From Isurus oxyrinchus (Eukaryota): DNA of 64,000 nucleotides. Below the pieces are notes generated by a model that saw only the letters and a program-made list of their open reading frames with translations, was not told where the DNA came from and did not search any database. Made by a program: the position numbers and the translations under genes. The stretch is taken from the NCBI GenBank assembly GCA_026770705.1, contig JANJGN010000009.1:162936001-163000000 (forward strand), in the 5' to 3' direction. Positions 37,701-51,249 of the stretch are shown here, piece after piece; the first letter of the stretch is position 1, and the number at the start of each line of letters is the position of its first letter.

Positions 37701-39585
37701 GCTCAGGGCAATTGCCCAAAGAGAGTTTGCACTTCCCAGGCAATTGCCGTGCAATCCTTATCTGGGAACCTCCAGAGGGGGCTCATCAGTGTACCCCCCC
37801 CCCCGCCCCCCCCCAAGTTATAGTGACCTGGAGCTGGGAAGTTACGGTCAGTAATGTGTCGTGATGTATAATCCTCAGTCTGCCGAAGGAATAGAAACTC
37901 TATTGTTATACAGAACATTGAATGATAACTTCACATTTTTGGAATCCTGTGATATATCATTTCCATCGTCAAACTGGTCATTCCCAATTCAACAAAAGCA
38001 TCAGTTAAGTATGATCTTCTCTGGTGAGTAAGCAATTTCAGTGTGTTTATGCATTTCATGTTGCAGGGATTCCATCTCCAGCATTTTCTATGTATAAGGT
38101 TACACCAGAATATTAATTTCCTAGTGTCAAAGTAAATCTTTTAGTTTAAGTTAGTTAAACTCTGAAGCTGTGGGGTTTAAGGTGAACCAGACTGGTTGAA
38201 GGGTATGACTCTTCGCTCAGAGCTATCTAAGGATTATGGAGGGTCATGAGTGGGTGGAGACCAAGGGCTTTGTGCTGGGTTCACTGTGATTTCTAATTTA
38301 CAGAAATGATCGGGATTCTGAAACCTAGTTCAGATTGACCAATGACACCAAAGAGTAATGGAATTGGGAGGAGGTGGCTCAGAAATTACAGAATGAATCG
38401 AACAAAATAATGTAAGTGGACAGAATAGCAGAAGAAACTTAACACTGAAAATTGTAACACGTTTCCCCTCATGTGGAAATTTGGGATGTGTGCTGGGTCA
38501 ACATCCTGGAACTCCCTCCCTAACAGCACTGCGGGTGTACCTGCACCACATGGACTGCAGTGGTTCAAGAAGGCAGCTCACCACCACCTTCTCAAGGGCA
38601 ATTAGGGAGGGGCAATACATGTTGGTCAAGCCAGTGATGCCCACATCCCATGATGAATTTTTTTAAATCACCAGGAATGAGGCAGACAGAGACCACAAAT
38701 CAAATCCAGTCAATGCAGAGCAGTAAACAAGAAAGAATGATATATCTTAAACAGTGAGCACCCCAAAGGTGTGCTTGGTCACCCCTTCTGGAAGTTCCCA
38801 GGTAAGGAATGCAAGTGCAAACTTGCCCTGCAAGTGCAAACATTGGTTCCCTGCACTGGGAACCATACGAAGATGTGATTTAGATTGCAGACTTCAGTTG
38901 GTTTCGACATCAATAGTTACCCAGAAAAAATTAGAAGAATTAAAACCACTTCTAACTTCTGGGTAACTATTGTACAGAAAGTGAGTATAAGTCTGAGAAG
39001 ACCTTGATCAAACTTTATAGCGAGTGTGGCCAGGCTTCACCTTGAATCCTGCTGCCAATGCTGGCTGCCAAGTAACACAGGAGACATTGAAGCACAGGAG
39101 GCAGTGAGGAGATGATCCATGAGCCCAGTTCTTGTCAAGAGTTCAGAGGTATCAAGAAGTACTACCCAAACTCTGGCTTTTCAGCTTAGATGAGGCACTT
39201 GAGGACTATGCAAGGTTGTGTCTAGCACAACTAATTTAAATTAAACTGCAGAAGCGACCACAGATTCAAACCAGCCCAAAATCATTTCAGAACTGATATT
39301 GGGGTGGTCCTTCACACAAGGAGTGGTCAATGTATGAACAGACTCTTAGATAGACTTAGTGGAAGACAAATTCCTGGAATCACTTAAATCCTGCACCTGG
39401 GGAAATTTTAGAATCATTCTGAATTAAGTTGGGCTAAGTGACTTTCCCTATCCATAATTATCTTGCAAATGTTTTTTTTCACTGTGCATTTGAAAGTTTG
39501 ACCACATCTGAAGTCCAACTTATGACCTTACAGTGTCTTTGGTTGTAATTGGATTTCTTCATTCAGATGGTTGATCAAACTCCAA

Positions 39586-39617
39586 CTAAGAGATTAGCTG
39601 ATAGGAAGGGTATTTAA
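39586..39617 (+). promoter_or_regulatory. Putative GNAT2 core promoter: CRX/OTX site (AGATTA 39591-39596 = TAATCT on minus strand) and TATA-like TATTTAA (39611-39617)
   Basis: Motifs lie about 200 nt upstream of the ATG. CRX sites near a TATA box are typical of photoreceptor promoters. Confidence 0.5.
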
Positions 39618-39656
39618 GCCAGAAGAGCAAAGGGAAAAGCTCCAATAGTAGTTTGC

Positions 39657-39674
39657 CTGTGTGTGTGTGTGTGT
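39657..39674. repeat. (TG)n microsatellite between the GNAT2 TATA-like box and the ATG; other (CA)n tracts at 2953-2980 and 10819-10849
   Basis: Dinucleotide runs read directly from the sequence. Confidence 0.9.
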
Positions 39675-39690
39675 TGGGACATGTAAATGA

Positions 39691-39951
<261 letters not shown>

Positions 39952-40384
39952 TAAAAGGGAAACCATGCTGTAGAAATACAAAGATGAAAGCTTTCCATTT
40001 CTAACAATGTTTTACTTTAATTATGCAAAAGTAAATTCGTTTTCTGATTTTTCTTTTAATTAATATGAAATTATGATGCCACAGGATAAATATCTAAATC
40101 AAAATGTTAAAGAAAGTTGAACAACTATCCAATGAAGTAAATGACCTTACCATTGAAATTGTCATTTGTGTCAATGTTCAGGAGCTTATTTTATTTATAC
40201 CTTTAACCAATTGGCTATGCTGTTTAATGTTACAAAAGCCTATTCTTTAACATATAATGACTGCACTTCAGTATACCACAATATTGGGAGCAGGTGATTC
40301 GGTAAAATGTATTGCAGAACCACTCAACTAATGGAAAAAAGGTAAGAATGAGACTCAAAAAAAATGCATTTATATAAAAAACTT

Positions 40385-40815
40385 GGATTAAGGAAGATTT
40401 GTAATTATAAAGCACCTTTCATGACTTCAGCATGTTCCAAAGTGCTCTACAGACAATGAAGTATTGTTGAAGTGTAGTATTTGTTGCAAGGTAGGAAATG
40501 CAGTGCTTTTTTGCACACAGCAAGATCCCACAAACAGCAAGGTGATGAAAACCAGATATTCTGTTTTAATGTACTCAGCTCGTTGAGTGACAAATATTGC
40601 TCCTCTGCTCTTCTTTGAAATAGAGCCACAGGATATTTTACATCCACCCAAGGAGGCGACTGAGCCTTGGTTTAATGTCTCTCTGAAAAACAGCGCTTCC
40701 TCAGAACTACATTGGAGTGTTAGCTTAGATTTTGTTCTCAAGGCTCTAGTGGGACTTGAAGCCACAACCTGTTGATTCAGGTGAGATTGGGGTATCACTC
40801 AGCCATGGCTGACCC
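40385..40815 (-). mobile_element. Near full-length Deu-domain-like SINE (fragments also at 6455-6630, 16260-16440, 23500-23690, 26140-26395, 28570-28990, 35790-36150, 43345-43680, 45630-45945, 60780-60945)
   Basis: Recurrent ..ctggt..tatc..attgctgtttgtgggatcttgctgtg..ttggctgc.. core in all copies. Confidence 0.7.
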
Positions 40816-41351
40816 TTGCATCAAAACACTGTGCCTTCAATTGCCCTGTGGCTACCATGAGGATCAGACACTATATAAAGACAAAGTCTTTCCAATCACT
40901 ACTTTTAGCACAGCAGTGAATATGGTTGCAATAAATTCTTACTGTGCCATTTTAACATTGCAATCGACCTGTTTACTGTATTCATCTGAAGGTATGAAGG
41001 ACTTCTGTTTAGTGTGAGTTACTACTAGTAACTAGCAACCTTCGTTGGCAGCTGAGTGTTATATTTCTCCCACGACTGATAACCTCCATCCTGTTATCTC
41101 CAAGGCTGATACACTGTTCCATCCATCTAATTGCAGTCAGTTTCTGTTCTGTAGTCTCCATGGCTAACAACCTCCATTGTCTTTAGCTTGTGGGGTCTTT
41201 TACTATTGAGGCGCCTGCTTTCCTTCCTTGATGCATTTGCTTATACTCTGGAAGAACAGGGCAGGGTAACCTTGAAACATGGCATGTTGATATTGTCGTC
41301 TTGTTAATAAGCTTGACTATGACTAGCAGAACCCATTCTTTCAAGGGTAGA

Positions 41352-41559
41352 GCTCAGCAGGTCTGGCAGCATCGGCGGAGAAGAAAAGAGTTGACATTTC
41401 GAGTCCTCATGACCCTTCGACAGAAGTTCTGTCGAAGGGTCATGAGGACTCGAAACGTCAACTCTTTTCTTCTCCGCCGATGTTGCCAGACCTGCTGAGT
41501 TTTTCCAGGTAATTCTGTTTTTGTTTAGGATTTCCAGCATCCGCAGTTTTTTGTTTTTA
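41352..41559. mobile_element. Palindromic PLE 3'-end insertion in GNAT2 intron 1
   Basis: Inverted arms centred at about 41425. 15-bp TSD tctttcaagggtaga (41337-41351 / 41560-41574). Confidence 0.88.
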
Positions 41560-41944
41560 TCTTTCAAGGGTAGATTTGAGCGATCGCTATCGGAAACTGA
41601 CACCTTGAGATATGGTGTGTGAGACATGACATGCGGTGAGTGTGGTAGCTGAGGGACGGTAAATAAAATTCATTGTCAATAACTGCAAGAATTTCATGAT
41701 TTGTATCGCATTTTGAACTAATTTAAAAACTTATTAAATCAGTAAATTGGATTTGAGTCAACCAAGAGCGCTGCATTTATTTGGATATCATTCCATAGAG
41801 GTAGAAACATAGTAGCACTTATGGTGATGTATAGTTTATAATTTTGTACAGTTACATAAGGATACATAAAAAGAGACGCAGGATAGAGGAATAGTAGCAG
41901 GCCAGTTAGCCTTTCATATCTGCTCTGCCATTCAGTGAGATCAT

Positions 41945-43172
41945 AAGACCATAAGACATAGGAGCAGAAATTAAGCCATTCGGCCCATCAAGTCTGCTCT
42001 GCCATTCAATCATGGCTGATAAGTTTCTCAACCCCATTCTCCCGTCTTCTCCCTGTAACCTTTGATCCCCTTACCAATCAAGAACCTATCTATCTCAGTC
42101 TTAAATACACTCAATGACCTGACCTCCACAGCCTTCTGTGGCAATGAATTCCATAGATTCACCACTCTCTGGCTAAAGAAGTTTCTCCATCTCTGTTCTA
42201 AAAGGTATTCCCTTTACTCTGAGGCTGTACCCTCGGATCCTAGTCTCTCCTACTAATGGAACATCTTCCTCACGCCCACTCTATCCAGGCCTATCAGTAT
42301 TCTGTAAGTTTCAATCAGATCCCCCCTCATTCTTCTAAACTCCATCGAGTATAGACCCAGAGTCCTCAAACGTTCCTCATATGTTAAACCTTTCATTCCT
42401 GGGATCATTCTCGTGAACCTCCTTTGGACCCTCTCCAGGCCCAGCACATCCTTCCTGAGATACGGGGCCCAAAATTGCTCACAATATTCTAAATGTGGTC
42501 TGACCAGAGCCTTATAAAGCCTCAGCAGCACATCCCTGCTTTTATTTTCCAGTCCTCTCGAAATAAATGCCAACATTGCATTTGCCTTCCTAACTACTGA
42601 CTCAACCTGCAAGTTAACCTTAAGAGAATCCTAGACTAGGACTCCCAAGTCCCTTTGCACTCCAGATTTCTGAATTCTTTCCCTATTTAGAAAATAGTCT
42701 ATGCCTCTATTCTTCCTACCAAAGTGCATGACCTCACACTTGCCCACATTGTATTCCATCTGCCACTTCTTTGCCCATTCTCCTAACCTGTCCAAATCCT
42801 TCTGCAGCCTCCCCGCCTCCTTAATACTACCTGTCCCTCCACCTATCTTTGTATCATCTGCAAACTTAGCCAGGAAGCCCTCAGTTCCTTCATCTAGATC
42901 ATTAATGTATAAAGTGAAAAGCTGTGGTCCCAACACTGACCCCTGCGGAACTCCACTAGTCACCAGCCTCCATTCTGAGAAGGACCCCCTTATCCCCACT
43001 CTCTGCCTCCTGCCAGACAGCCAATCTTCTATCCCTGCTAGTACCTTGCCCCTAACACCATGGGATCTTATCTTACTGAGCAGCCTCCTATGCGGCACCT
43101 TGTCAAAGGCCTTCTGGAAGTCCAAGTAGATAACATCCATTGGCTCTCCTTTGTCTAACCTACTCGTTACCT
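41945..43172 (-). mobile_element. Young 5'-truncated CR1 LINE (RT C-terminal half plus 3' UTR)
   Basis: YLDFQKAFDKVPH..GVPQGSVLGP..FADDTK..LYKALVRPHLEYC on the minus strand; short tandem 3' tail at about 41945. Confidence 0.93.
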
Positions 43173-46023
43173 CATGAGATATATGTTTTTTTAAATTCTT
43201 TCATTGGATGTGGGCATCACTGGCTGGACCAGTATTTATTGCCCATCCTTTGTTGCCCTTGAGAAGGTGGTAGTGAGCCACCTTCTTGAACCATTGCAGT
43301 CCGTGTGGTGTAGGTATACCCACAGTGCTGTATAACGTACATAGTAAGATGAGCATTTATATTGTGCCTTTCTAAAACATCTCTAAGCATTTCATGTATA
43401 ATTAATTACTTCTGAAGTGAAGTGACTGTTTTAATGTTCATAAGTATGGCAGCCATTTTGTGCATGGCATGATTCCACAGACAGTAACAAAACAACGGTA
43501 GTTAATCTGTTTTTTGGTGGTGGTTGAAAGAAGAATTTTGATGTGCGCATCTTGTTCTTATTCAAACTGTGCCATGGGATCTTTAACTTTCACTTAAGCA
43601 AATAGACTGGGCCTGGATTTAATGCTTCATCTGGGAAATAGCACCTCTAACAATGCAGCACTCCCTCAGTACTGCACCATTCTGCAGGGTTAGAATGAGC
43701 ACTCCAGTCTTCAGAGCAGAGATTGAAATATACATATACCTAATTGGTATATTTGAAAGCAAATGCCTCCAAGAAAAATGGAAATATTTCAACTAAATGT
43801 TCTATAATCTATAATTTAAACATTATCTTATGCTGATTACAATGTGGCAAATTTTGACCATTATGTTCAGACTGAAGTATTGATATCGCTTCACATTTTC
43901 TCATTCTTTCACACATCCACAGCCCTTATGCACCAAGAAGACACAGACTGCAAGCTAAGTACTATTTAATCGCGCAGTGAATGATAAATCATCCTACACT
44001 AAGACTGTAAATACTCTAAGGACCAGGCAAAGTAACATGATCAGATGTTGATGCTAAATCCATTCCCAGAGATTAGGAGCGAGGCACAGTAAGCGTGTTA
44101 TTCAACTAGAAAGAAAGAGTTGCTTCCACTCCGATAAAGATGTGGCATCTCCAGAGGACGTGAACTCAACTCCCAGCATGGCGTGTTGAAAAACTGAATT
44201 CAGTTCAGAAATAAAATCTGGGAGTAAAGAACTGGGATCAGTAAAAGCGACCATTGGATCTATCCGATTGTCAAACAGCTAGTGTTTCAAATTCAGCTAT
44301 TTGAAAACCAGCGATGTCCTAAAACCGAACATTTTTTAAGTCTGTCATGCATAAATTTGAATTAATATTCGATGAGTAAAATAACTTATTGGTTTGTTCA
44401 GCTAGGTGCAGCGTTGGCACAGCAGCACACTGACTACTTATTGACTTTGCGCACCTGTGTTTCCCACACTCCAGGTGGCCCAGGCAACTCGACCCGAAAA
44501 CTGGCAAAATCCGAAATCCAGCATGGACTTGGTCCTGAGGTTTCTGGTTTGAAGACACTGTACCTGTAATGTAAAAAAACCCCACTGGTTTACTAATGCC
44601 CTTAAAGGGAGGAAACTAACTGTTCTTACCAAGTCTGACCAATAAGTGACTTCTGTCCTCCACCAATGTGGTTGACTCTTAACTGTCCTTAGAAGTAGTC
44701 TAGCAAATCATTCAATTATTTAGGGCAATTAGTGATGGGCAGTAAATACTGGCTTTATCAGCGATTCCCACATCCAAGAATGATTTTTTTTAAAGCATGA
44801 TAATGGCTATCTTTAGTGTCTTACATAGAATGTACAGTGCAGAGCTATCCTATATTCTTTTACTTTTTAGTTCATGGGATGTGGGTGCTGCTGGCTAGGC
44901 CAACATTTATTGCCCATCCCTAATTGCCCTTGAGAAGATAGTGATGAGCCGCCTTCTTGAACCTCTGTAGTCCACGTGATACAGGTACACCCACAGTGCT
45001 GCTAAGTTGCCACAGCCTCTGAGTTTGCTACTACCTTAAATGTATGAACTTGAAATGGGAATGACTATTCATACTGTATTATTAGTCAGTCATTCTTGTG
45101 TCAAGTATTGGCTGGATTGCAGTGTCTCCAAACGTGTGGAGTACTGACTATGTGTTACTTAAAACTGTAGTTATTTGGTTAGTGCTATCTAGAATGTAAT
45201 GTCTCTAAATAGTATAGAGTGAGCTAGTACTATCTTATAAAGTGTAGAGTTGGCAGGGTCTCTGATGAGTCAGGAGGTTGTGAGCTCATGGGAGCATAAT
45301 TGGCTGACTAGTGCAATACCAAGGGAGTACTGCATTGTAGGAAGTATTATCCTTCAGCTGAGATGTTAAGGCCTTGATCAGATGGACGGAAAAAGGTTCC
45401 ATGATATGGTGCAATTGAAACATATGCACATGATGGTGCCTGCTATTGAATGCTCTATGTTGCCAATAGTAATATCTCTCCGTCATTGTAATGTTACCAG
45501 CCTATATTATCTCAAAATGGGTATAATATTATCCTGTACATCATCCTTCCAGTCGGTGCCATATCAGATGTACACAATGTCTCTCAGAAGTTAAAGTGAC
45601 ATCCGCATTAAGTACTTCCCCTTAAATCCCCTTTCATCATCTCAGGGTGTTCACAGCCAAAGGAGCTCCTCTTTTTTGAAATGTAGTCATTGTTGAAATG
45701 TAAGGCAATGCTGTAGTTAACTTGTGCACAACAAAGATCCACAAATAGACAAGTTACTAGATGTTATGTTGGTTGAAGGATAATATTGGACAGAACAATG
45801 GGAGAGTTCACCTGCACCTTTTTAGAATAGTGCTATGGGATCTTTAATATCCACCTGAGTGGGCATAGGAGCCTCAGTTTAACGTCTCACCTGAAAGACC
45901 TCCAACAATGCAACACTTGCTAAGTACTGCACAGCCTAGATAATACGCTAAAGGCTGTTGACCAGTCCAATAGCGTCCACATACCATATCTTACAATGAT
46001 GACAGTGTTATCCTGTCTGCAGT

Positions 46024-46914
46024 GGGCTGGATTTTATGCCCCCCCTCCGCCCACCCAGTGGGCCTGTTTTCAGCAGGAGGGCAGGTAAAATATGTTGGGT
46101 TGCTAGCCTGCTCCCCTTCTGCCTACCCCCAACCTGTACCACATAATACAGGGGTGGCTAAGGCACCCACTAGGCCAGCTATTGCCCACTTCAGGCCCTC
46201 AATCCACCCCCAATGCCATAATATTTTGGTCAGTGGAAGGCTGTTTTTTCACCCAAGTTGGTGAAAGGTGAGAAGGAAGTAGGGTACATCTTTTGGAGGG
46301 TTCACTGTGTGCATCGGGGGCAGCCCTACCTAAGATCATACCTCCTCTTTGTGCCTCTCCAGCTGGCCTCTAAAACCCAATCGCACCCCACCTTAACCCT
46401 CCGTCCTGTGAGTGCCCCATCCTTCCTTGCCCAAAAACCCTGGGACTTGCCTGGGTCTGGTGTCCATGCCTGATTTCTGTGGGTCTTCTTGCAGTCCCAG
46501 CAGCGCCCACTGCTGAGCTCTGGCGCTGTTGGCACTGCTAGAGCCCCCGGCCAATCAGATTGGCCAGCAGCGCTCGAAATCGGGACTTCATTCCACTGAA
46601 GGATGGAAGTTCCACTCTCAGGTACTTAAGGCTGCCCGCTGCATAATATTGCTGTGGGACAGCCTCTTTTAAAGTCAAAACAAAAACAGAATTACCTGGA
46701 AAAACTCAGCAGGTCTGGCAGCATCGGCGGAGAAGAAAAGAGTTGACGTTTCGAGTCCTCATGACCCTTCAATAAAACTAGTCAGTTGGTTTCTGGACAA
46801 CTTTTCTTCTAGGTGGGGGGTGGTGGGGGTGGGGAGAAGTATGTTCCTTCACCAACACCCCCCCCCCCGCCCAACAACCCTCTCACCCCATCCCACCTCA
46901 TAAAAATCCAACCC
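46024..46914. mobile_element. Harbinger-type MITE containing a PLE arm
   Basis: TIRs gggctggatttt / aaaatccaaccc flanked by an agt duplication. Confidence 0.7.
46676..46770 (-). mobile_element. Single-arm PLE 3'-end fragment inside a MITE
   Basis: Identical to the short arm of the palindromic copies; no partner arm. Confidence 0.8.
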
Positions 46915-48009
46915 AGTTCCTCCAGTTGGGCACTGTGACATTTTAACCACATAACCTCCTAAACAATGGTTTACCCACACTGCTCTCCCAGTGGGTCTCA
47001 AAGAAAGCAAGGGGGTGGAGGCATTATATTGAGCAGAGATGTATTCTGGTGCAGAGATTGGTGGACAGGGTGTGGCATCATTACATGGGTAACACACTTG
47101 TGCCAGAGTTTATTTGATCCTTTACACTGGACATTTGCTTCACATCTCGATTGTGGTGCACCCCTGGTCTCAAATAGACAGGAAATCCCACCCCATAGTT
47201 TTAACAAGACTATTCTGTCTCCATAAGGGACATTGCGATTGATCTTCACATCTCCCTCAAGGTACACAACACATACCTTTAAATACGCTTAACGTTTGGA
47301 AGACTGTATGTGCAACTCAGGCTGCCATGCCTATACCGCTGAAATTATGATTGACAAATACTTGGTTCTGTTGGGGTCCCTTCTCAGCTCTTGGATGGCA
47401 GAATGAATCCAGGGCAGAATGGATGATGTCTAGCTGCATGCACAAATTATTAATATGGATGTCCTATTGTGGTAAATGAAGTACCAGTGTCCGGATCTAA
47501 GCCAATAATTTCCTGGAGCCCTAGTCCCAAACAAGAGAAAGCCTCAAATGGTAGAGGGGGAGGTTCAAGGAGTCAGCCAGCATTTCCTAAATACAGCCAA
47601 ATGGAAGCACAGAGTTCAAGTACCTTCGCAGGAAATTATAATCATTGAATTATTTGTGTCTCAATATTAATAAATTACAAGTGTTGCAAGTGTAAGCGTG
47701 CAGATATTATAGGACAAATAGAGAATAGAAAGGGAAACATTTTCTATATGTTCTTGGGATGTGAGTGTTTCTGGCAAGGTCAGTATTTATTGCTCAACCC
47801 TAGTTGCCCTTGAGAAGCTGGTGGTGAGCTGCCTTCTTGAACTGCTGCAGTCCATGTGGGTAAGTACACCCACAGCGCTGTTAGGTAATTAGAGTTTAAA
47901 TTCTCTCTGCGCTTTAAATGCAGGAAAATACATGTTGAGAAAACTGAAAGCATTACACAAAAGAGGAGTTACTTTGTTTCGCAAAAACAAGGAAGGAAGG
48001 AAATGTTTG

Positions 48010-51000
48010 CTGAATACTCAGAAATTGGCAGTGGACATCGTGGCGGGTGTGAGTGGACAACATGGTGGGAAGGCCAAAAATCAGCTTCACGCCATCGTGA
48101 AACCAGTTTGCGATCGTCTGCTCTGCCCATCAATGGCGGGGCCGTCTTTCCCACCATCACACGACATATGTCGAGAATGTAATTTTAATACGTCTGCATA
48201 TCATTATAAGCCCTGCTCTTCGGAATCATCCCCCACGTCAAATTTACCGCCCACATCAGCAGGAAATCACGCCGGCCCAGAACACATCTTGACAAGTGTG
48301 TGACGTGCGGAAGTTGGGACTTACCGCCAGGGCCTTGCCCACATAGCGGACACCTGAGGAGCAGAAGATGCTGGATCCCTACAGCTACCTGCAGGAATAT
48401 GTGCGTCGCACGCTCGGTGGATTCATATCGACTTGGCTCCACTGCAAAGCAGCTCACAGAAGGTGGAAGGTCACCGTTGAGAGCCTCCTTCGGGACATCA
48501 GTGTCTCGGCCATGGGCTGCTCTGGATGATCGTTGGTCTCAGAGAGGAAGGTGTCCCACAGGAGGGAGGTGTACCAGGGGAGGATGAGGTTGGGAGGGGG
48601 GGGAGTCAACGATGGTGTCGGGTGGGGTGAGATTAGTGGGGAGGGATGAGGGTGTTGAGGGGTTGAGGTTGAGAGTGGGGAAGGAGGTACGGGGAGGAGG
48701 GTGTAATGGGGGAAGAATGTGGCAACTAGGTGTAAGGGGGAGAAAGTGTAAGGGAAGAAGCTCGGAGAGGGCAAGGAGTTCGGAGGGCAGAAAGAGTTCG
48801 GCAGAGGAAGGAGTTTGGGGGAGGGAAGGAGTCCAGGGGAGAAAGGCGTAAGGGTGGAAGAACAGGTAAGGGGGGGGAGGAACAAGTAAGTGGGGAGGAT
48901 GTCCAGGTGAACATACAAGAGAGGGTCTGTGGAGTCGATGACTGCTTCCTGGGGACCGAAATGAGGGTGGGAATGGTGAGAATGAGAGAGGGCAGAGTGA
49001 GCCGGTAGGGTGGGAGGGTGAGGGTGTGACGGTAGCTGTAGAAGGGGCAGTGAGGGTGGTTGGTGGGGACTCAGAGGCAGACACAGACCCTGGGGGTGGG
49101 AAGGAGGAGGTTGGGAAGTCAATGCGGTTGGGGGTGGGAGTTTTGGGAAGGTGGGGAACGTGCACACCTGCCTGGGCATCCCGGAAAGAGAAGGGTTCTG
49201 GCTGGTAGGGGTTGGTAGGAAAGCGGAAGGTGATGCCGGGGAGGGTCAACAGTGATGGGGGACAGGACATGAGTGGCTGAGGGAGGGGAAAGGATGGGGG
49301 CACTGATGACATACTTCACTACAACCATCTTGCAAAACCGAAAGCGAAAGGAGCCTTGTGTAGGTGCTGCATGGGAGTGTGGTCAGTGGGTGGGTGGAGA
49401 TGCGGATCCGCTCAGATGGACAACGGAAAGAAAACCCCAGCAGGCAGCATTGAAAGTGCTCAGGACATTGAGATGCGTGTGATGGACAGGGGCTCCGGGT
49501 GCGTGGGAGAGAGTTTGCACGAGGCTCTGAAAGGCCCTGTCACATACACACTTCTCCCTCCAGAATCATTCATTGGCCAGCTACGTGCAGCTGAGCTGCT
49601 GGTGGATGGAGGCAGAGGGAGGTCTCACAAAATCTGTAAGTGAAGCTGAAAGACACCACTACACATTTTTCAGTGAAAGTGAATATATTTTCCAATTATA
49701 AAGTGGCAAAATGTGTTCATCCCTGCAGCCACCTGTGACCAGAAATTATTACAAACATTCGAATTAGAAGCAGGGGAAGGCCGAATCCAGAGGCTTGTCA
49801 TCAGACTCGGACCTCACGGATGCCCCTTGCTGAGCAGTCCTCCGAGTGCCGGGGAGCTCGGCTGAACCTGCCTCCTCCTGCAGCGGGCACGTGTCTGTGC
49901 AGTGACCACCTGATTGTGAACCTGAGCCTGCTCTAGTTCTCAGTCCCATTGAGGTGTGTGTTTCTGCACTGGTGCAGGGTGTGGGTAAGCGCTATGACAG
50001 GTCTTCCAGGTTGCTTATTTCCAGCTCTTCAAAGGAGTTGGTGTCCTCTTGGCTGGAGGTGAGGATGTGGGTGGAGCTGAGGGACTGGTTGGCTGAGGGT
50101 GTTGGTCACTTGGCAGAGCTCCCTGTGAACCAAAGTAGAGATAATGAGTGCAGGGCAGCTGAGTCAAAAGCAGGAGAGAGAGCTCTCATAGTTGCATTGA
50201 GAGAGAGATGATGGGGTGCAGGACCCTCACGTGGCTCTTCGCTGCCAACTTCACCGTCATGATCCACAGGCACGGTCCACGGTCTCGCCAACGAGCACAA
50301 TGGCACACTCCTCAAAGTGAGTGAGGGGCCTAATGTGGGCCGCTCCACCCCTGGTCTGGGACCTCTCCCTGCTGTTGTAAGCCAGCTTCTCCTACATGAA
50401 AACGGATGGAGAGGGTGTGAGCAGGACACAGGGCACTGCGTGGAGTATTCGTGTGGTGAACGGAGCCATGGATGGGATGAGGACGCGAGCTCCAGAGGAT
50501 ATGAGCCTGATGGAGACATGAGGGCATGTTTAGAGCTTGTGGTGTTGACCCTTGAGGCGTGGGAACCTTGTGGATGTGTGATGGGCTTGTGAGTGTTTGC
50601 GTTTAGAGTAATGAGATGGTTGCCTTAGCCTGGCGGCACGGACGAGATCACTCATCCTCTTTCTGCACTGGATGGCCGACCTCTTGTGGGCAGCATTGGC
50701 ACTGACTACCACTGCCACTGCCTCCCAAGCCAGGTTGGTGACGATGCTGCCCCTTCTGTGGCCAGAGCGGAGGCATAGAGGACGTCACAGCGGACCTCCA
50801 TGGCATCCAAAAGGCGTTCCAGTGATGCATTGGGAGAGCTGCCATCTTCAAGCCTTTCGGGGCCATGTCTTCTGTGCAGCAGTCCTGCTGGAGACACTGA
50901 GAGATGTGCGCAATGCTGCACTTTGAATATGCCACCCGGTGTGGAGAAGCGGAGAGATGGTGGAGTGGCAGGCGAATCGGAGACCTCCCACCTGCGAAAC

Positions 51001-51150
51001 AGTGTGTTTCCTGGGAATGCATGCTTAATGAGGTGGGATTAGGGCGACTTCAACGTGAGAACCCGCCATTGCGGCCCGCTGGCTAGATATCCTTCCTCCC
51101 CCCTACTACCGCACTTTGTGCAAATCTGGGACGATTCCCCCACCCCCCCC
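48010..51150 (-). mobile_element. Degenerate PIF/Harbinger-type DNA transposon with a Myb/SANT-like gene remnant (about 50530-50880); boundaries approximate
   Basis: Minus-strand ..LERLLDAMEVR..(W)EAVAVVVSANAAHKRSAIQCRKRMSDL is typical of Harbinger Myb/SANT proteins. Internal G-rich tract at 48570-49310. Confidence 0.65.
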
Positions 51151-51249
51151 CCACCCCCCCGGGCCTGTTTCAGACTGAAGAATGAAGTTTGAGGGAGCAT
51201 ACTGAAAGATTTGAAGGAAGAAAGGCGCATTATCATATAAATTGTTGTG

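Noticed and set aside
37015-37823. Gly/Pro-rich ORFs and G-quadruplex-like tract
   Set aside because: G-run-rich repeat interior like those of the other MITE-type elements; no coding signature.
48454-49312. Long Pro-rich minus-strand ORFs (241 and 257 aa)
   Set aside because: Low-complexity G-rich tract inside a decayed transposon.
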